Part shown: in pieces, positions 25,387-37,971 of the stretch
How positions within the stretch are numbered: the first letter of the stretch is position 1
Layout: the number at the start of each line of letters is the position of its first letter
Assembly (NCBI GenBank): GCA_964016885.1
Contig: OZ024743.1
Span: 92,256,001 to 92,320,000, forward strand
DNA length: 64,000 nt
DNA from: Eledone cirrhosa
Taxonomy: Eukaryota
Direction of reading: 5' to 3'
Notes under the pieces: generated by a model
What the model was told of the DNA's origin: nothing
The model's input: the letters and a program-made list of their open reading frames with translations, nothing else
Databases searched by the model: none
Position numbers and translations under genes: made by a program

Positions 25387-26835
25387 TCATCATCATCACC
25401 GTTTTACGTCAGTTCTTCCATGCTAGCATGGGTTAGACGAGTTGTCCTGTTGTGGGCAGTGTCTGGTCGGCTGACCTTGCCTTGCTCATACAGGAACTGA
25501 TTCTGGCTTGATTTCTACAGCTGGATGCCCTTCCTAACACCAACCTCATTTACAGTGAGTACTGGGTGCTTTTTGTCGTGTCATCTACACAACCACCTTG
25601 CAGTGGGGGGTGTGGGGGCATATTGTCTATATGCTTCAGCTTCGGCTTGTACCTGTGGGGGGGTCAAGTCTTCTGTATTACTGCGTGACGCCAGAGGTCA
25701 CGGTCGTGTGTCATCGCCTTTGAGAGGTGTAATTGGGTAAGGTCGGCTTTTATCTCCTCATCGCAGGTCTTCTTGGGTCTCCCCACTCCGCGGTTTCCAT
25801 CGACTTCTAGTGCTCTGCACCTTTTTATGCAGCTGTCATCCTTCATATGCATCACGTGTCCATACCAACGCAACCGCCTCTCCTGCACACAGCATTTGAT
25901 TCCTCTTATGCTCAGTCTCTCTCTCAATTCATTTATGCTTTGTCGTTCGCGTATATTACTATTACACATTCATCGGAGCATGCAGGCTTCGTTTCTTTCT
26001 AATCTACGCTAGTCTTCCACAGTCAGTGCCCAGGGAAAAGCCTTTTGCAGCTAGCAGTGGCAGTAGTTCCCTAAACTTCTTCTATCCCGTTCTTACCCTA
26101 GTTATTGTACTTTCCGAACACCCACCTCCGCTGCTAATTCCGTCACCTAGGTAGCAGAAGCTGTCTACTGTTTTTACAGAGCCCTCCCAGAGTTTGGTGG
26201 TACTTGTTTCCTGTGGCTGTTTGCTGCTTGCTGTCCTAGCACAGCTGCTACATGTGAAGCCTACATTCTTAGTTAAGCTTCCTGAGATCCCGCTACATCT
26301 CTTGTGTACCCATTGTTTGCATTTGAGGCAGAGAATGGAGTTCCTACCTACACCTTTCCTACATACTGAGCAAGGCCATTTCCCTGAGGGGATCTGGGTT
26401 CTGTTTTCTCGTCTACTTACAAGGACCTTAGTCTTTGTCAGGTTGACTTTGAGACCCTTTCTGCAGGACTATGATGAACAGGAGAGGGCTAAGAACAGAG
26501 CCCTGGTGGACACCGACCTGTACGCTAAATTCCTCGCTATACTCATTGCTAATCCTAACTTTGCTGACTGCTCCCCTGCTTGTACAGCTTTCACAAGCCA
26601 TTCATCTACTTCTAGTTTTCTAAGAGCCCACCAGCATGGGGAACTCTGTCAAAGGGTTTCTTGAGATCGACTATGCCACGTAGAGTGGCTTACTTTTAGC
26701 TAGGTACTTTTTCTGTAACTGCCTTACAAGGAAGAGGGCTTCAGTGGTGCCTCTTCCTGGCACAAACCCAAATTGCATCTCATTTAGTTTCACCCAGTCC
26801 CCAATCAACTGTGCTATAACTCTTTCTGTTACTTT
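25387..26835 (-). mobile_element. RTE LINE 3' portion with internal deletions
   Basis: ORF 25664..25969 RLRWYGHVM...GVGRPKKT; QFGFVPGRGTTE-like RT motif near 26740-26780; (GAT)n tail. Confidence 0.9.
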
Positions 26836-26847
26836 CTATATATATAT

Positions 26848-27192
26848 ATCATCATTCATCATCATTTCATTTTACGTCCGCTTTTTCCCTGCTTGCAAGG
26901 GTGGGACGGGAACTGATTCTGGGTTGATTTCTACAGCTGGATGCCCTTCCTAACACCAACCTCATTTACAGTGAGTGCTGGGTGCTTTTTTGCCGTGGCA
27001 TCTGCACGACCACTTTGCAGTGGCATGATATGGACCCCAGTCCCTATCATCTCATTTCTACAGCTGAGTAAACTGGAGCAATGTGAAATAAAGTGTCTTG
27101 CTCAAGGAAACAACACATCACCCAGTCTGAGAATTGAACTCACAACCTTTCGATTGCAAGGCCAATGCTCTAACCACTAAGCCATGTGCCTC
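26848..27192 (-). mobile_element. Full-length family-B SINE with RTE tail
   Basis: Head GGCACATGGCTTAGTGGTTAGAGCATTGG (its first ~35 bp are duplicated at 27194-27228), core, RTE tail. Confidence 0.85.
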
Positions 27193-27227
27193 CATGCCAA
27201 TGCTCTAACCACTAAGCCATGTGCCTC

Positions 27228-27259
<32 letters not shown>

Positions 27260-27410
27260 CATCATCATCATCATCATCGTTTAAAGTCCATCTTCCACGC
27301 TTGCATGGGTTTGGAGGGGAGTTTTCCCACTTGAGGCAAGAGTGGTTGTCTTGCTTGCATAGGACTGTCTGGCGGGTTTTCTACGGCTGGATATATATAT
27401 ATATATATAT

Positions 27411-28539
27411 TAGATGAGAAAACAGAACCCAGATCCCCTCAGGGAAATGGCCTTGCTCAGTATGTAGGAAAGGTGTAGGTAGGAACTCCATTCTCTGCCC
27501 CAAATGCAAATGATGGGTACACAAGAGATGTAGCAGGATCTCTGGAAGCTTAATTCAGAATGTAGGCCTCACATGCAGCAGCTGTTCTGAGACAGCAAGC
27601 AGCAAACAGCCACAGGAAACAAGTACCACCAATCACTGGGAGGGCTCTGTAGAAACAGTAGACAACTTCTGCTACCTAGGTGACGGAATTAACAGCGGAG
27701 GTGGGTGTTCAGAAAGTACAATAACTAGGGTAAGAACGGGATCGAAGAAGTTTAGGGAACTACTACCACTGCTAGCTGCAAAAGGCTTCTCCCTCAGAAT
27801 AAAAGGCAGACTGTATGATGCGTGTATCCGAACATCAATGTTGCATGGTAGTGAGACCTGGGCGCTGAAGGTGGAAGAATTACGTAGATTAGAGAGAAAC
27901 GAAGCCTGCATGCTCCGATGGATGTGTATCAGTAATATACGTGAACGACAAAGCATAAATGAATTGAGAGAGAGACTGAGCATAAGAGGAATCAAATGCT
28001 GTGTGCAGGAGAGGCAGTTGCGCTGGTATGGACATGTGATGCGTATGAAGGATGACAGCTGTATAAAAAGATGCAGTGCACTAGAACTTGATGGAAACTG
28101 CGGAGTGGGGAGACCCAAGATGACCTGGGATGATGTGATAAAAGCCGACCTTACCCAATTACACCTCTCAAAGGCAATGACACACGACCGTGACTTCTGG
28201 CGTCACGCAGTAATACAGAGTACCCGACCTCCCATGGGTACAAGCTGAAGCATATAGACAATATGCCCCCAATCCCCCACCGCAAGGTGGTCGTGGAGGT
28301 GCCACGGCAAAAAAGCACCCAGCCCACACTGTAAAGTGGATGTGTAGGCGCCACGAAAAAGCACCCAGCACTCACTGTAAATGAGGTTGGTGTTAGGAAG
28401 GGCATCCAGCTGTAGAAATCAAGCCAAATCAGTTCCTGTATGAGCAAGGCATGGTCAGCCGACCAGACACTGCCCACAACAGGACAACCCGTCTAACCCA
28501 TGCTAGCGTGGAAGAACGGACGTAAAACGGTGATGATGA

Positions 28540-28541
<2 letters not shown>
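27411..28541 (+). mobile_element. RTE LINE 3' portion
   Basis: ORF 27838..28248 LHGSETW...LRWYGHVM; (GAT)n tail; bounded by (TA)n on both sides. Confidence 0.92.
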
Positions 28542-28583
<42 letters not shown>

Positions 28584-28740
28584 TTTGAGTATATGTTGGT
28601 TGTATACCAACACCTCAGTATGCAGATTGGAGCACTCGATGAAGTGCACAGGTTGGTTTGGTTACTCCGGAGTAATGTAAAATAAAATAAAATAAAATAA
28701 AATAAATAAGTCAATTGTTTAAAATTTGGCTTCGTTTATT

Positions 28741-28795
28741 ACTGCTATATATATTTCGGTGACAGCCATCTTTGGCTGTGACCTCTTCAGGCAGT
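28741..28795 (-). ncRNA. Minimal type-I hammerhead ribozyme
   Basis: ACUGC-CUGAAGA-GGUCACAGCCA(AAGA)UGGCUGUCACC-GAAA-UAUAUA-UA-GCAGU: 5-bp stem I, intact core, palindromic stem III. Confidence 0.8.
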
Positions 28796-30144
28796 CCGAA
28801 TTAGTGGTATAGTAGAGACGAGTACACATGTCGTTGAGGTGTATAACTTTGTCAATACTCTGATATGCCCTGTTCCTGGTTGGGTTGTTATTTCACTGAG
28901 GAACTGGAATCATATGAATTTAAACAAACAAATTTCAGCGTCAAAGGGCCTCTTCTCCTCTCATTGGTCAGTTGTTAGAACATTCCTCAGTCAAAAGTCT
29001 ATAGAAATTTGTTCTGAGACAAGCCAATCTGTAGTTGTTGTTCTTGTTATTGTTAGGTACATCTGACCTCTATTCTTATATTGGTAGTGGTGTTGTTGTT
29101 GGAGTCACTAAAAAAAAATGATAAAGTGGTAGAAGGAATAAGATGGTAGAGAAACAAAATAAAATAAAATAATCAAATAAAATGTGTGTGTGTGTTATAC
29201 CCATTTCAATGTTATAAAGATTTGTAAGGTCACTCTTCCCATTGGTCAGTTTTGAGAGCATTCCTCTGTCCACAGTCTATAGAAATTCTTTCTGGGGTGA
29301 GGCTCCCTGTAGTGTTTGTGTTTGCTATTGTTAAGTACATCTTACCTCTACCCTTATTTTGGTAGTGTTGTTGGTGTTGTGGTCAGCTTATGTCTTGCTG
29401 CTGCTGACAATTTAGAAGTATCTGTGTGTGTGTTTCTTCATCCCTCCTGCCATCATCTCCCGTGGTGGTGGTGGTGGTGGTGGGGAGGGGAGGGAGGTTT
29501 CTGCCATGTATATGAAGAAATAGAAGGCAATAAAATGAAGAAAACAGAAAATAAATAATAAATAGAGAATAAATGAAAAATTAATGAAAAAGTAATGAAA
29601 AAGTAATGAAAAATGAATATGGAAAATGAAAAACGAAAATGAAAAGTGAAAAATAAAAATGAAGATTCAAATAAAATAAGATAAAATGTGTGTGTGCTAT
29701 AACCAATCTCAAGGTCAGAAATATGTTGGATAAAGTGGTAGGAGGAACAAGATGGTAAAAGAATAAAACGAAATAGGATAATCAAATAAAATGTGTGTGT
29801 GTTATAACCAATCTCAACTTAAATATAAATATAAGGTGATAAAGTGAAGAAAAGAGAAAACAAATAACAAATGAATAATGAGAAATCAAAAATCAAAAAT
29901 CAAGTAAAATAAAATGTGTGTGTGTTATAAAGATGTTGGCCAAATTATAAAGGCTGTGTCAGAATCAATCTCTAGGCTATCATGGTGTCTGCTCAGCCTG
30001 GGTTGGTCTCTATGGCTTGAGGGGAGTTCCCAACCTATGGTGTTGTTACTGCTCATATAGCTTGAGGGAGGTCTGGCCGAGAGGTGTCTACATGTTCTGG
30101 AGAAGTCCCTATAGCTTGAGGGGAGTTCACATCTTATTGTGTTG

Positions 30145-30395
30145 CTACTGTCCATATATCTTGAGGAAGGTCCCAGCCCTGAGGTGTCTGCATGTCCCGA
30201 AGAAGTCGGTTCTGAGGTTTATCACGCCGCTTCCACCTCTTAGTATCTCGAGGGTCTCGTTCAGACATAGTTTGCATATGCAGGATCCACCTTTATCGGG
30301 TGGTACTTTCCTGATTATGGACCAGGCCAGAGAGTATGGGGTCCTGTCCAGCTTAAGCTTCCAGATCAGGTCGGAGAGAACCGTACTTTTCCATG
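30145..30395 (-). pseudogene. Penelope-like GIY-YIG endonuclease C-terminal fragment
   Basis: STVLSDLIWKLK...YSLAWSIIRK...CKLCLNETLEIL...INLRTDFFGTCRH matches the PLE pattern LS..IW.LK...W.I...C.LC..E...I....N.R.E....CRH. Confidence 0.8.
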
Positions 30396-30512
30396 GTATA
30401 ACCATTGCCATTCCTTCAATAAGGAGACCAAAAGGAAAAGTACGGCTCTCTCCGACCTGATCTGGAAGCTTAAGCTGGACAGGACCCCGTACTCTCTGGC
30501 ACACTAATTTGG

Positions 30513-30567
30513 ACTGCCTGAAGAGGTCACAGCCAAAGATGGCTATCACCGAAATATATAGAGCAGT
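30513..30567 (+). ncRNA. Second copy of the hammerhead, probably inactivated
   Basis: Same as 28741-28795 but U16.1 is replaced by G (GAAAUAUAUAGA) and there is one extra stem-II mismatch. Confidence 0.65.
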
Positions 30568-30819
30568 AATAAACGAAGCCAAATTTTAAACATTGGACTT
30601 ATTTATTTTATTTTATTATATATATATAGTGGAAGTTAACTTGTGTCCAAGTATGAAACTATTTCATAGAAAAAAATTGTATTTGATTGGCATGGCATGA
30701 TTTGTAGTGGTGTATTAGCCAACTGGCAAAGTGACACACTTTGGTGCAGATTCCACACTGGCATATCTGAAGGTGCTTCCACTATCTGCTACCTATGTAA
30801 TTACAGATGTATTTTCGCC

Positions 30820-31135
30820 TCACATAACTAGGACCCTAACATGTACTACCATTGTGAGTACATAGCTAGGACCTAGCATGTGCTACTACATTGGATCAAA
30901 AGGACCTGGAAGAAATGGCAATGAAGGGGGTGACTCCACACTTATATTTGAACCACACATAGTTAGAACCCTAGCATGTACTACCACTGTGAGTCGGGGA
31001 CCAGAAAGAAATGGCAATGAAGGTGTGACTCCACGCTTATATTTGAGTCACACATAGCTAAGACCCTAGCATGTGCTACTACATTGAATCAGAGGTACCT
31101 GGAAGAAATGACAATGAAGGTGTGACTCCATACTC
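30820..31135. repeat. Complex tandem duplications (about 105-120-bp modules)
   Basis: Recurrent CCTAGCATGT(A/G)CTAC and GAAATG(G/A)CAATGAAGG..TGACTCCA, three times. Confidence 0.7.
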
Positions 31136-31912
31136 ACCAAATATCAAGAAGTCTTCTTGTGAACGTGACCTGGGCATTATGGTCAGCAGCGATTTGTGTT
31201 GGACGAAGCACGTCTCTAAAATTGTCAAGAGGGCTGAGGGTGTCTTAGCATCACTCAGCAAGACCTTTGTCAGCCGCTCTCCAGCTATCTATTTAAGGCT
31301 GTACATGGCTATGGTGCGGCCACACTTAGAATTTGCATCACCAGTCTGGAACCCCTATCTTGCTCAGAACATTGACCTCCTGGAAACTGTTCAGAGACGT
31401 GGAACCAAGCGAATACCCTCCATCAGGCATCTACCATACTCTGAATGCCTTGCTTCCCTGGGCATGGATACATTGAAGCTCCGACGCCTGGCAACTGACT
31501 TGGTAAACACCCACAAAATTGTTAACCATCTTGCCAACAGCAACCCTGAGTACCTTTTTGATTTCCATGTGTCTAACACACGTGGACATGCCTACAAAGT
31601 CAGAAAACAGCACAGTTCCCATGATTTTCAGAAACATTTTTTCACGCTCACAGTTGCTGAAGCATGGAACAAACTACCTGCATCAGTTGTTAGCTGTTGA
31701 GACACTGCATCCTTTAAAACCTCCATACTTTCTGAGATTTGCCAACACTACACCTAATATTCCCCCTCAATACACATATACACATGTATATCATGACTCA
31801 TACACTATTCACTTCCCTGACATTTGTATATTATTCTATGTACAATACATACACCTTTGACGAGTTGTAGTGCACCTGAGCACGTTACACAATAATTTCA
31901 TTATTATTATTA
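31135..31912 (+). mobile_element. CR1-clade LINE 3' fragment
   Basis: ERDLGIMVSSDL.W..H, LY.AMVRPHLEFASPVWNP, TRGH; (ATT)n tail; a second 3' end at 35095-35210. Confidence 0.9.
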
Positions 31913-32476
31913 TAACATATGATACATTTAATCAGTGATTCATATTACAACAATATATTTCAGAGAAAACAAAACGATGTTGCAGTAATTATTTCTCTAT
32001 CAACAACACCTCTTATTAATTATATAAGCAGTATCGGTGGCCGGTCAACATTCTTTGTGGGATATAATTACGACCCGTTATGTTTTGAATCAACTTTGCC
32101 TTTCATCCTTACGGGGACAATAAAATAGAGTACCAGTAACACACTTGGGTCAATTTAATCAACTTTCCTCTTCCCTAAAATTATTGGCCTTGTGCCTAAA
32201 TAAGAAACCATTAATTATATAAGCAGTATCAGCAGAGCCTTGGACAACATGCTTTGTGGCACATAGTTATGGCCCATTATGTTCTGTATTCAAATCCTGT
32301 CGAAGTTAGCTTTGCCTTTCATCCTTACGGGAGTCGATAAAATACAGTACCAGTAATGCACGGGGGTCGATTTAATTGACTTTTCCCTCCAAAAATTGTT
32401 AGCCTTTTACCATTATTAATATAAGAGAGAGAAATCATACTAATGTTATTTTTGACGTTCAACATTCCTTCTACAG

Positions 32477-32539
32477 TTGTCCAACTCATAACAAACCTTG
32501 CTATCCTCTGTGGTACCATCTTTGCAATTCTGTTAGCTG
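32477..32539 (+). CDS. Candidate 63-nt symmetric (phase 1-1) exon encoding a hydrophobic helix
   Basis: Acceptor ttccttctacag, donor CTG|gtcagg; encodes VQLITNLAILCGTIFAILLA and joins in frame to the exon at 34096. Confidence 0.35.
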
Positions 32540-34095
32540 GTCAGGTGTATGAGGCAACATCCACATGAGGTTCTACATACATATATGCATACATACATAC
32601 CTGTGATTATTGGGGCACTGCCTCAGTACAAATCTTGAGAAGCTGGGCTTCACAGAACCAGAAAGAATATGAGTAGTTAGGAATTACAAGTACAATCCAT
32701 TAATGGAACAGTAAAAATATGTAAAACATTCTAAAAATTCTGCATATAATAACTGCATGTATACACATGTACAGATACAAAGCATATTCACATACACACA
32801 TATAACTGAAAACATCCACACATACAATAACATCAATACATGCGCACACATACACACACATGCATGCAAACATGCATACACATCTACCTAGTTGATGTTG
32901 TTTAAATTCCAATGAAAAAGTATTGTGTCTATGTTACAATCTGACTTTCTCTCTATTGGTAAACATTTATAAAATTATAAAACCAGAAGAACATACACAC
33001 ATACATATATACACACGTGCATACATATTCTATTACTGGTGAACATTTCTATAGAATTTTTTATTTACTGATTAGAATAACAAAAACCAAATTTTAATGA
33101 GTTGTACAGTATGTTTAATTTAACTGAAGAGGGGCTATAATGCAAAAGATAACATTTAACGCCACAAGTAGGTTTACATATAAATTAGCAAACTGGAGAA
33201 GGTGCCTACCAGCAGAAAAATGTGTCCACCACTCCACCATCACTATACCTCCCACTCTACCCAGGATCACATCTGCTCCTCTCAGCACCCTGTCATACTC
33301 CACCACTCCTATGTTATGCACATAACATATTTTCTTTACCCCTTCTCTCCCCCCACATCTCCACTTGTCACTCTCCCCCCTCTACCTTGTCACTTGCCCA
33401 TGATATGCTGCTTATCCTTCTTACATGCCACATCCTATTCGCAGCTTACACCTCCCACAGAGGGTAGAAAGAGCCCTACAGTTGAGTCTATGACTAACAA
33501 CCTTCCTAGTGGTGGTGCTGTGATAAAATGCACCCAGCACAAACTGTAAAGCGATTGGCCTTAGAAAGGCTTTCCAACCACAGAGACCACTACAGAAAGG
33601 ATTGAGAGAACCCTGCCTAGTACTCACCATGCTTAGCTGCAGGTTAGTGAGGCTATTTAACCCATAGTTGGAGTGGATAGTCATTGACTCTCAGGAGTTC
33701 ATCTGGCCTTTTAACAGCTGTTGTTTTTTGTGCTGCTGTGGTTCCACTTACCTCCCTTACCTGACTAGGGTCTGGTAGGGGAGCCAGTTTAATCACTTGA
33801 CCATGAAGCAGGTTGCACTGGGTTACATGATACCAGTAGTTGGCAGAAGCCTGGCCTGACATATAACAAAACGCACGTCTTAACGTTATGTAATTGTGGT
33901 AGTGATTTAATTTAATTGTACATCACAACTCACCCTATGGACTGAATGCTCTGTTAACTCTGCTACTATATATATGTGTGTGTGTAAATTTTAAAAATTT
34001 ACAGACAGAGATACATATAAATAAATATACAAAAACACATAACATTTTATTATGATTGATTTATTTTCAAAATTTTTTTTTTTATCTTATTTCAG

Positions 34096-34295
34096 AGACT
34101 GAAATGAAAGATGAAAGGAAGGCTTCCATCGATGATCTCTCCAACAACTTCATGCAACAGTCGATTGATATGAGAAAATCCATAGCTGAAATCCCTGATA
34201 TCGATTCAGATTCTTCAGACATAAAAGTAGGCAAGAATTCATCCGAGCAAAGTTTGATATCGCAGCCTGTCGACACTGATGATTGTACTGATGAT
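34096..34295 (+). CDS. Exon of BCR/ABR-like RhoGEF gene: acidic, Ser-rich linker
   Basis: Acceptor tttttatcttatttcag, donor GAT|gtaatg; ETEMKDERKASIDDL...DTDDCTDD; phase-0 end fits the exon at 52374. Confidence 0.7.
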
Positions 34296-34315
34296 GTAAT
34301 GTTGATGTCTTTATA

Positions 34316-34316
34316 C

Positions 34317-34370
<54 letters not shown>
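34316..34370. repeat. (TAA)n microsatellite
   Basis: About 18 perfect units. Confidence 0.95.
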
Positions 34371-34371
<1 letters not shown>

Positions 34372-34492
34372 CTTTCTTTATTAACCACAAGGGTTTACAC
34401 AAAGTAAAACATTAAGGACAGTACAGGACAGTACAAATGGGCATTTCTGCATGTAAAAAAGAAATGCCCATTTGTACTGTCCTGTATTGTCC

Positions 34493-34526
<34 letters not shown>

Positions 34527-34609
34527 TAATAATGATAATAATAACAAATAATAACATAGCAATGTTAACAAAAATTAACATAACAACAACAACAACAACA
34601 ATAATAATA

Positions 34610-34797
34610 ATTGTTTCTACTATTGGCACAAGGCCAGAAAATTACCCAGTACATTACTGGTACTTTATTTTATCGACCCCGTAAGGATGAAAGGCAAAGT
34701 TAACCTCGGCGGGATTTGAACTCAGAATGGCAAGGGCCGTAACTCTATGCGTCAAAGCATGGCGTCCGAACCTCTACCGATGCTGCCAATCCACCGC
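34610..34797 (-). mobile_element. tRNA-derived SINE, family A
   Basis: Full-length antisense copy. Confidence 0.85.
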
Positions 34798-36077
34798 CAT
34801 CAACAATAATAATAATAATGATTTCTTTATTAACCACAATGCGTTTACAAAAAATACATTAAGGACAGTACAGGAAGGTAGAAATATGGGTTTCTGTATG
34901 TAAAAAAAAGGGGAAACAAAAAGAAAAGATGTAACAAAAAAATGGAAACAAAGGAATAATCCCCAATAGGGGGAGGAGACCACCCAGGGTTAATAATAAT
35001 AATAATGATTTCTACTATAGGCACAAGGTCAGAATTTCTGCCCTTTAATAATAATAATAATTATTATTATTATAACAACATTAGTAATAACAGTACACTG
35101 TTCATTTTCCTGACATTTGTACATTATTCTATGTACTATACATGGACCTTTGATGAGTTGTAGTGCACCTGAGCACTGTACACAATAATTTCATTATTAT
35201 TATTATTATAACAGCATAAATAATAATGCAACAACAATAATAACAACAACAACAATAATAATAAACAACAATGATAAAATTGATAATAATGGTTTCTGAT
35301 TTAGGCACAAAGTAAACAGTTTTGGGGGGAATAGAATGTAGATTAAATCAACCCCAGTGCGTTACTGGTACTTTATGTAATTGACCCCATAATAATATTG
35401 ATAATAATAAGGATGATTTATTTTATTGACCACAAGGGCTGTAAACATTAAGGGCAATACAGGGAAAATATAAGGACAAAAAACAACTCTAACTGGGGTT
35501 TACATTGAGTAAAGGAAAGGGGTCATCACAAAAGGGAAAACAGTAGATATAACAATAACAGTAAATGAAATGAGTAGTGATGATGATGATGATGATGATG
35601 ATCATGATGATGATGATGATGATGATCATCATCATCATCATTTAACTTGTTTTCCCTGCCAGCAAAGGGTGGATGGATTGTTACATACTGAGTCAGTACT
35701 TAATTGGAGTTACTGTCTTCTCAGACAGTCCAGGGGCCTGCAGCTCACTTACATATATTCCTACACTCTACCAAGTACATTTTATTGTGGTGCCAATGCA
35801 AGAGAAGCTGTCATGTCTTTGACACAGCTGAAGAGCCCCCTTAACCCTTTGGTGGGTTTTCTAGGGCTGTATGCTCTTCCTATTACCAACTACCTTACAG
35901 AGTGTCCTGGGTCTGTTTATCATAGATCACCAACACTAAAGAAGTTGTTGTGCCCTTCGCCCAGCTGGAGAATCTTCTTGACACTTGTTTGATATAGTTT
36001 CTATTGTTGGAAGCACTTCCCAACAAAAACCACTTTACAGAGTGTACAGGGTGCATTTTATTGTGTTGTTCGATATT

Positions 36078-36111
<34 letters not shown>

Positions 36112-36570
36112 CAGTTTAACGTTCATGGCATGGGTTAGACGAGTTATGTGCAGTGCTAGGTCAGGTGACCATATCATGCTCAAACAGAACTGATTTTGGC
36201 TTGGTTTCTACTGTTGGATTCCCTTCCTAGCACCTACCTCATTTACAGTGAGTAGTGGGTGCTTTTTGTTGTGACTCCTACACAACCACTTTACAGTGAG
36301 GACTGGGTGCTTTTTGTTGTGACTCCTACACAACCACTTTACAGTGTGGACTGGCTGCTTTTTGCTGTACATCACCACCTTACAGTGTGTACTGGGTGCT
36401 TTTTGCCGTGACACCTACACGACCACTTTACAGTGTCAGCTGGAGGCTTCACTGGATGTATACTTTAGCTTGTCCTCATGGAAGATGTATGGGAGTGGGT
36501 TGGGTGGGGTGGTGCATATTATACATATGATTCATCTTCGGCCTGTGCCCATGGGAAGTCGGGTCTTCTG
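36078..36570 (-). mobile_element. RTE tail fragment with internally repeated module
   Basis: (CAT)n, then repeated ACCACTTTACAGTG..CTGGGTGCTTTTTG modules. Confidence 0.75.
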
Positions 36571-37236
36571 TATAACCCCACAAATCAGCAACCCAGAATC
36601 AGTGGACAAGGGTAGTGTATGCCGGTTGCTAGCAGCTCCATCATGGCCCTGATTTACATACATAGGAAATCTTGCTTAATTGGAACAGTCACAACTCGAA
36701 TAATCTAGGTTATCATCTCTTTCTAAGTTGTGACTTGGTTACCCTAATTATGATGTTGACATAAAATATACATTCATACATACTACTACTATTACTACTA
36801 CCACCGCTGCCGCCACCACCTAATATTACTACTTATAATAATAGCAATAATAATCAACATGCAATAACAATATTAACATAAATAACAATAAGAACAACAA
36901 TAATGATAATAAGAATAAAAAATAATTCTATCATTAGGTACATAGTAAAAAGAGAAATAAAGAAATATGGGTGTGGTGAGAACACACACACACACTGGTA
37001 AATGTAAAAGTTTATAAAATACGCAATACCTATTTTGGAGTGATAGTTGTTTGGTAAGTGACTTGTGATGCAATGATATTATGTTAATCAGTTACTCATA
37101 GAAGTGCGACAAAACCTGTTGACACATCATATTAGACACTACAGTGTAGAAATAATAAAAAAATAGTGAAGTAATAATGACTCTTCTGATATATAATATA
37201 TATATATATAATATAAAATAATATATATATATATAT

Positions 37237-37937
37237 ATACGTGAACGGCAAAGCATAAACGAACTAAGGGAAAAATTAGAAATAAGAGTGATCAGATGTT
37301 GTTTACTCGAGAGAAGGCTACGTTGGTATGGTCACGTGATGCGCATGAAAGACGACAGCTGTATAAAAAAGTACAGGGCAATAAAAATAGACGGTAGCCA
37401 CGGAGTAGGCAGACCCAGAAAAACCTGGCACGACTTGATAAATTCCAACCTCACACACTTACACCTCTCCAAGACAAATTTCACTGGACCGAGATCTTTG
37501 GCGCTACACAGTAATACAGAAAACCCGCCTTACCTAAGTACAAAGCGAAACCTACCGTCAGTAGGCACCTCTAACAAAACACCCACCCACCCACCCCCCA
37601 TCCCACTACCCGCACCCCATCCGCATCACCCCTTTCAATGTAAAGTTATGTTGGTACCACAACATCCAGTTCGAAACAAATGAGGTCATGTAGGTGTCAC
37701 GACAAAAAAACACACAGTCCACGCTGTAATGTGGCCGTGTAGGTAATACGGTAAAAACCTCCCAGTCCACACTGTAAACGTGGTTGGTGTTAGGAAGGGC
37801 ATCCAGCCGTAGAAAACCCACCAGACAGTCCTATGCGAGCAAGACAATCATTCTTGCCTCAAGTGGGAAAACTCCCGTCCAAACCTATGCAAGCAAGGAA
37901 GATGGACGTTAAACGATGATGATGATGACGATGATGA

Positions 37938-37940
<3 letters not shown>
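37237..37940 (+). mobile_element. RTE LINE 3' fragment
   Basis: ORF 37288..37683 RRLRWYGHVMRM...GVGRPRKTW; (GAT)n tail. Confidence 0.9.

Positions 37941-37967
<27 letters not shown>

Positions 37968-37971
<4 letters not shown>

Larger units (their letters stand above)
28680..30620 (-). mobile_element. Penelope-like element 3' fragment with an inverted partial copy
   Basis: GIY-YIG-type C-terminus at 30145-30395(-); hammerhead-bearing terminal repeats at 28680-28808(-) and 30502-30620(+); local inversion 30326-30393 vs 30435-30500. Confidence 0.85.
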
